A stretch of 64,000 bases of DNA from assembly GCA_000934665.2 (NCBI GenBank), contig JYFJ02002003.1:1-64000 (forward strand), written 5' to 3'. This stretch comes from Catajapyx aquilonaris (lineage: Eukaryota). The notes beneath the pieces are model-generated. The model did no database searches. It saw nothing but the letters and a program-made list of their open reading frames with translations, and was not told the origin of the DNA. Below, in pieces: positions 57,223 through 64,000 of this stretch (positions are counted from its first letter, which is position 1; the number at the start of each line of letters is the position of its first letter). The position numbers were made by a program, and so were the translations under genes.

Positions 57223-58253
57223 GAGTACCTTTATACGAAGTGTTTCGAGACACTTGCCTGAACATATATAAAGAGCGATGCGGACAGTCAGTGTCTACAA
57301 CTGTAGAAATAAAGATCCTGTTGCTTCTTACACACTTACTTGAATCTGACAAAATAATGATGTTACGTAAGTTATATAGTGTATTGTATAGTAATTGATA
57401 CCTATAAATAGGTTGCAGCAATTCACGTTGGGCACTTTTAAATGATACTTTTCACGTGCAATCAAAAGGAAAATTATTATTACACATGGTATTGCGCGCA
57501 TTATTGTGGAGATGTGAACCAAAGATTTCCATCAGCGTGTGTCACGGCTACACAGGGTACGTGGCTTGAGAACTCTATATACTGCTTTAGTGAATATTGG
57601 GATATTGCCCACTGTTATTGGAACAGAGCAAGGCGAATATAGTCGAAGTTTTGCACCAATAACCAGCCACCATTGAAGTTCCAAGCCCCAAGCTACTTAT
57701 CCCATTTTGGGCTGTATGTGCTTGGGCGCCTCGGAAATATTTTTTGCTTACAGCATACCTTAATAAATTGTTATAATTTTTGATATAACAATATACTTAA
57801 CGTACATTTTTCTGGTTCCTTGGTAACAGTTCAGCAATTTTGGGAGACTCATTGCGAGGATAGATCCAAAGTACTCTTTCATTGCCGCGATGTTAAATAA
57901 CTCTAAGGTACCCAAAGATATTATTTTGTTTTCTTGAATGGGACTAATTTGCTCTTAATATTTTAGACCAGATCAGTTCATGATCCATAGTATTATACCT
58001 GGTGCGCATAAAGCGGCTTCTCCCTCGCCGTATTGATGATGCATATCATACAAAGGTCAATATATTATTCAGGGGTTGTTTCAGGATTGACTGCATTGTC
58101 ACCAATATGGATTGAAGATGACTTGAGTGACACCTTATCCAGTGACTTCATCTGGACCCAATCCAGCCCAGTTTCCACGGAAAGACAAGTCAAGGTGTGG
58201 CCAATTTGATCTGTAATTTGGCGATAGATCTGGAGCGTTAAGTTCAAAACGCG

Positions 58254-60262
58254 ATGGCCGGACATTGGAGCCAGATGAACCCGTTGATTGGCCTATTGAA
58301 AGATGAACGTTGGAGTCTGGCTGAGGGACTAATTAATAAAACCAGCCCTGGGCATGCCATATTCACTCCAGGTAAACAATTGGATTAATCCGAATTAGTA
58401 GCCTACAGTATATGATACATTGAACACTCGGATCTCAGTACTTCTACAAGATGATTGATAGTAATTTGATGTCATTGGTGTAGGACACCATGCTGAGTAT
58501 AGAAACGTCATGTAGAATTTTGCTTATAGATAGGCTACAGTGTTTCTGGCCAAAAATTGCTAATTAGAACTAACAGTACTGATATACCTGTTGCAGTGAC
58601 TCAATTCAAATAGCTGGTACATTCTGTTGCTATTTGTTTTCAGACCCACACAATGAATCGCCCCTTCAGTTTGTGCTTGGCCGCTACGATTACACGTTTC
58701 AAAGCCCAATTCACCTGAAGTTGGCCAACCTGATCCTGCAGAAAGGATCTGAGAGTCAGTTCAGTTCATGTCGGAAAGAGCTGATAAGCACATTCGTCTC
58801 CTCTTACCTGACAACGTGGTGCAATTGCAGCACTTACACTCGCAGGTATACGAACCAGGTCGCACTGCCTTATTGTCTGTTGGACTGGTTGTCCACTTAT
58901 GTGCCGCACGTCTGATTCAATAATTATTCCAGGAGACTAGTCCAAGGTTCTGCCCCCTTTGTGATAGGATTCGACGGAGAGATAAACATGCCCCCGGAAG
59001 AGGCCAAGCGGCAGCTGCTGCAGTTTGCCTGCATGCTGGCCGGTATGTCAAAACATCGTATGCTACATTCGTCTAAACCCTAGAGAAATATATTCAGAGA
59101 AGGGTAAAGTCATAATGCATGATGCAATCCTCACTCTTCATACCTGTGCTTTCAGACAAAGTCGGTTGGAACCGGGACGAAATATTTGTCAGCTCCGTCT
59201 TCGTCGATGTGCTGGGAAATCCCGGTGGAGACCTGGACATCCTGAAGTTGGTGTGTCCGACGGGCCATCACTTGAACGACACCGATGAAGAAAGACGAAC
59301 CCCTCTCATGCTCCTCAGCATCCGCTGCCCTAGTCCTCAGCTGCACCTGCTGGATTACCTGTGGACTCTTCCAGTGGTAAGGTGCACTGTGCGGAACAAT
59401 GCGGATGTCAACTGCTGTTGAATGTCCTATACAGGTGCCGGATGTCCATGCGAGGGACAGTGACAACCGGACGGCTCTGTGGTACGCGGTCTGGAAGGGT
59501 CACTCTGGCCTGGTTTGTTACTTGTGCGAGAAAGGCGCCAATGGAAGTTTCGACGGGCATGTGTACAGCGCCAGGTCCATGCTGAGGAGGTCACGCCTCG
59601 AGGTCAACCCCTTGGTTGCCGGAGTGCTGTCCGATTCCCTTTATTTTCCGAAGACAGGAATATTCGACAAGGGTATGGTGGACGGGATACTGCGCCAAAC
59701 CGTGTCTTCTGCTGTGGACTTGGGACACTTCAGCGACAGGGACACACTGAAACACGTCCAGGCCCTGCTTCAGGTCGACACCAACTTTCCCCACCTTGGA
59801 AGAAGAGAGAACCAGTATCGGAACAGCGTGGTCACCCTGATGTTCGGATCTCTCTCTGCCGGATTGCAGCAGCTCTGCGTGAGGGCCATCGTGAATGGCG
59901 TGTTCTTCAGACGCACTTCCAAAGGCAAAGGCAGGGCTGTCTGTTCGGATAGAAACTCTTATACATCCAAGGTGACTCTTCCTGCAGGTGGCAGCACTTG
60001 GAGCCTTCTGTCAGTGTCAGAGGTGGACATCCCCCGACCACAAGACTACAGGACGAGCAGGGACATCATTGCGTGGCATAAGAACAAGGCCAGTTGCGTC
60101 ACGCCGGAGCTTGTTGGAGACAAGATGCGTGCCCTGGGCATACCCACCACCCTCAAGACCTTCTTCGAGTTGGAGATGGCCAAGGCACAGCTTTGCTTTC
60201 ATGTCAACCAGTACGACGGAGGTCACAGGGGAGGCTGGGAGTGGGGCAGAAATGTTGAATAA
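58254..60262 (+). CDS. Ankyrin-repeat protein with SOCS-box-like C-terminal elements
   Basis: Exons 58254-58371, 58644-58845, 58933-59042, 59156-59376, 59434-60262, phase-consistent. Ankyrin repeats LNDTDEERRTPLMLL and DVHARDSDNRTALWYAVWKGHSGLVCYLCEKGAN; LQQLCVRAI and LGIPTTLKTFF. The 5' end is uncertain. Confidence 0.75.
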
Positions 60263-60374
60263 AGTCGTGCGGTTCGTTCATTTCGTGCACTAATGGTATA
60301 TACTATAGTAAGTTTATTGTGTTTCTTCCTGGTCTGGCTGCATAAGACAGACATCGTGATGACATTGTTGGATG

Positions 60375-61780
60375 TCAACGACTTTCCGGTTGCCGGAACT
60401 CTGCCTTGATTGAAATGTACGCAACCACCGCCGAAGTTAACTGAAAGAGTTGCAAGCACCTCGTTGTGAGTTAAACGAAACAGCCAACTTACGGTCGATG
60501 TCATCTGCGGTCATGCGATACTGACTGAAGAAGTAACGGTTCTTCCAATGGAGAGTAGCTTCGGTGTAGATATGCGCACCGGTGGGGCAGACAGACGGGA
60601 AATCAAAAACTGGATCTGTAAAAAAAAATCGTTTGGAAAAATAATAATTAAGTGTAGATGGTAATTACCTCTCGTTGGCATTTGGTGTCCAAGCCTGACA
60701 GCCTGACCCGGTGAAGCCGTTCCATTGCGGTCGTGTTCTGGAAAATAGGTCTCTATTGCAAGTACTGTACAGTGTACACACAGCCCGACAGTGCTTCTCA
60801 GTGCGATTACTTACGTTTAACTGTCCTTGCTTGTATTTAGCTGCGGCAACCAGAGCGAACATGATGGCCAAGGTCGTGTTAAAGTAAACCATGACCCATG
60901 CGCATTCGCAACCGATGTGAAGATGCGCTGTTAGGTAAAAGGCGGCTGCACATACCGTGGCGGCTAGGAAGGAGAGATGCTGGGTCACGAACTGGGTCGC
61001 GAAGGTCATGCTGATGGAGTCGACGGTCTTGACCAGGTGGTGGAAGGCGCCTCCAAGCTCGGACAATGCGTCGCCAACACTCTCGCTGTCGATGACCTCA
61101 TCTTCCCGCACAGGACGGTCAGAAAAGGTCTTGGGCAACTTGCGGATCTGGGCGTCGATCCCCGAATTGACCAGGTCGAAACGACGCCTGACCGCTCGGA
61201 CCAGGAAGGTCACGGTGACCGGAGTGATAGAGTACAGGAGCAGGTCGTAGGTCAGAACCAGGCTGGCCAACAGGTAGCACATGTCGCCTGAAATAACTGC
61301 TTTGCTGGCGGAATATGCCAAGTGGCAGATGGGAATGGCTGCCATCATTGCCAGGAGACTGATCGCGTCACGGCGAGAGTCACACTTGAGGTCACTGCCC
61401 ATCTTCCGGTCGAATTTGGCTATCCGTTTGAACAGGCGGGTGACCTGGCCGTGCTTGGTCTGGACCAGGACGTACCGGACGCATGTGAACGCGAAGCAGT
61501 TGAGCACAGAGGATATGAGGATGAGGAGACACGGACCCGACGGGAGAGCCTGGTCATCCCAGTGATGGTGACACCCGAAGAAGGCGGAGACTATTCCGAT
61601 CACTTGAACCGCTGGAAATATCAAGGGTGTCAACCGGTCGGTTCTGGCACAGTACGGACCGGACCAGGCCTGTTGAGTTGGAAACAGGCCCATGTATTTG
61701 GTGGCCACTGAGAGAGGACGGTACGCCTCGTATATGGTCCTTCCATCAGGTTTGCTAACATTGTCACCCGAATCACACAT
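60375..61780 (-). CDS. Gustatory receptor 4 (atypical C-terminal motif)
   Basis: Exons 61780-60815, 60737-60669, 60615-60526, 60440-60375; same 69- and 90-nt phase-0 exons as GR1; TIYEAYRPL...YMGLFP N-terminus; AATAAA at 60318-60313. Confidence 0.85.
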
Positions 61781-63917
61781 GGCGGTGGAGTAGCAGGTGA
61801 CCTGATTTGCTTCATATATTTTATTTGTGCACTGCTTGGAGTGTCGTAACTGAGCACTTGAATGTACGACAGGTGTGCCCGGGATGTGTTCAGAGATAAG
61901 CTAGTGATGGAGCTTCATTGAAAACCGGAACCGACTGATTAGAGTCTATTAAGTGAGTCAATATTCACTTATCTGCAGTGATCGTGGCTGGCCCTTGAAT
62001 TACTCAGGTTCAAAGCCAATCAGATGGCTATTGTTACAACAAATTCGTAAAGATAATGAAGTACACTCTTGATCTTATTTTTTGTTACCTTTTCCATTTC
62101 TCTCTATCGCCATCATGCACATGCGGAAGATAGACCATGTAAAGAAGTTTAACTGTTTCTTCGATGACTCTCTAATCAATTATTCCGAATACTGTCAATG
62201 GAATTAATCTACCAGCATTTGGCCTTTTGGTTGCCAAAATTTAGGGGAAGAAATAGGCTGATTTAGGGGGGAAAAAAGATATTGAGTCCCATTTATTGGA
62301 AAGTGTCAAGATCATAAATAAGAAGTACGTAGTTAGTCGTATAGTTAAAATTGATTACTGGCATGGGTCCCGAAGGTGTCTAGGAGCACCCAGAGCATCG
62401 GCTTCATCTGCAGCTCATCCTATCGCTGCACTGAACACCTTGTAAATATGCACTAAACAGGTGCATGTTCATATGGCGCAACAGCTGCTGGGAGTTATTC
62501 CCAGTGCTTCGTGATTTTTTTTCATATTGAGAACGTCATGTCGGCATTTGGTTTTTGAAATTCCTGTTGAAGGATTCTCAACATGTAATGTCAAGTAGTT
62601 ATCTCTTGCATTATTTGGTGGAATAAACTGGTTCGAATAAGAGGAAAATGCAAAGGAATGGTCTCATGCATGGGGAGGAAGGGGTTCACGCTACGTGCAG
62701 TACATAATCACCCCGATTTTGTATGGGCAGACCCCCAGTAACGGGAATTTACTTGTTAGTTTGATTTTAAAATCTTTCATGCGATTTACAAGAAGGTTAT
62801 TAAAGCAAAATTATATGATCCTATAAGGAAGAACGGAAAACCGGTCAGGTCACTTTACGGACTATTCGCCTTCGAATGAAGAGAGGCAGCTTCCACACTT
62901 CTTGGTCACTCTTTGAAGCAACTCCATTACCGGAAGAGTAAACAACCTCCAATGTGTTTTTCGAAGAAGTCTTCTTGATCGTCAGATGCGAGGAACTCTT
63001 GGGAGTTGTATGGACTATACCAATCCTTAGTTCATGGACCGCAATTCAAGTAAAAGCAAGTGCCGACCCTACAAAAACATCTATGGGAAACTTGCACATC
63101 AGCCTCATTATATAGAGTAAATTAATTCATAATATATGCACTCCTTTAGGTTCAATCGTTTATTGGAACCGTGTAGAAACAAGGTCCACAGGTGCCTTAC
63201 CCCTACCATGCACTCAATCATTATATAGATAGGCCTACACTTCTTGATGATTTCTACCCAGAATTGCGAGAGATCATTCTAAAGTATTTCACCGCGTTGT
63301 TTTCTTCCACCTTTCAGCGGAAACAAGCTACTTGTTCATTAATATTCAATGAGGCTGTTATTCGCAAGATTCAAACAGTTGTTCATGACGGATCAGCACT
63401 GTCTTGCTTTTTGTTGCGTTGGTTTACACTCTTTTTCCAATATGAGAGTTCATGAACCAAGTATATGAACCACAATTCGCAAGTGTTCCCCGCTTCAGAC
63501 GATCAAGAAGTAAGGAGCATACAACCTCCACCTGTGTTTTTCGAAACTTATTTTGCAAAGAAAATCAAAGCCTATAGCGTACAATAATGATGAGAGTTTC
63601 CGGTTGAAAGTTCTGCTATTCCATTTTCAGTTTTCTTCCTCCTCATTGACATCGATGTGACGTAGAGTGGATATGCGTATGTTCCCCTTTCTAATTTTGA
63701 TATTAATTAACTTTTGAAGTTTATATTCCCACTATAAGTGTATAGCAGATAGATATTTCGCACTCTGTGAATGGCCCGATTATTGCAACTTATTACATTT
63801 TCAAAACATACAACAACTTTGTTCTTAATAAAAGGGCCACTGACGTAACAAAAAATCAGACGATTTTTTAAGATAAATAACATCACATACTCTGAAATTT
63901 CATATTATTTTAGGTTA

Positions 63918-63986
63918 ACACAACCAGCCCTAAGTTTGTGAATAATATTAACCTAAAATTATTCACAAACTTATGGCTGGTTGTGT
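63918..63986. repeat. Near-perfect 29-bp inverted repeat with an 11-nt spacer
   Basis: ACACAACCAGCCCTAAGTTTGTGAATAAT (63918-63946) pairs with 63958-63986 with one mismatch. Confidence 0.9.
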
Positions 63987-64000
63987 TTCAGAATTTAGCG

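Noticed and set aside
60223..60504. 93-aa minus ORF as the GR4 terminal exon
   Set aside because: Wrong frame; the acceptor at 60441/60440 yields the register aligned to the GR C-terminal motif.

Overview
Eukaryotic, intron-rich genomic DNA, almost certainly arthropod (insect-type gustatory receptors, DRE promoter elements); the taxon cannot be narrowed from sequence alone. Exon models were built by hand from GT/AG junctions, reading-frame phase and paralog comparison. In order: MetAP2 (+), whose N-terminal exons include an in-frame ~1.75 kb Pro/Ala/Lys/Glu repeat exon; four fibrinogen-related lectin (FREP) genes; three gustatory receptors; two more FREPs; an alpha-1,3-fucosyltransferase; a voltage-gated Ca2+ channel alpha2delta subunit; a Myb/SANT-like gene whose last four exons are tandemly duplicated; two more FREPs; a strongly divergent TFIIE-alpha paralog; an ankyrin-repeat protein with a split SOCS-box-like C-terminus; and a fourth, atypical gustatory receptor. 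Several small MITE-like elements are also present. The most unusual items are the giant MetAP2 exon, the TFIIE-alpha paralog, two FREPs that lost both P-domain cysteines, the GR with a charged TM7 motif, and the duplicated Myb/SANT cassette. No database searches were run; product calls rest on recognised motifs.
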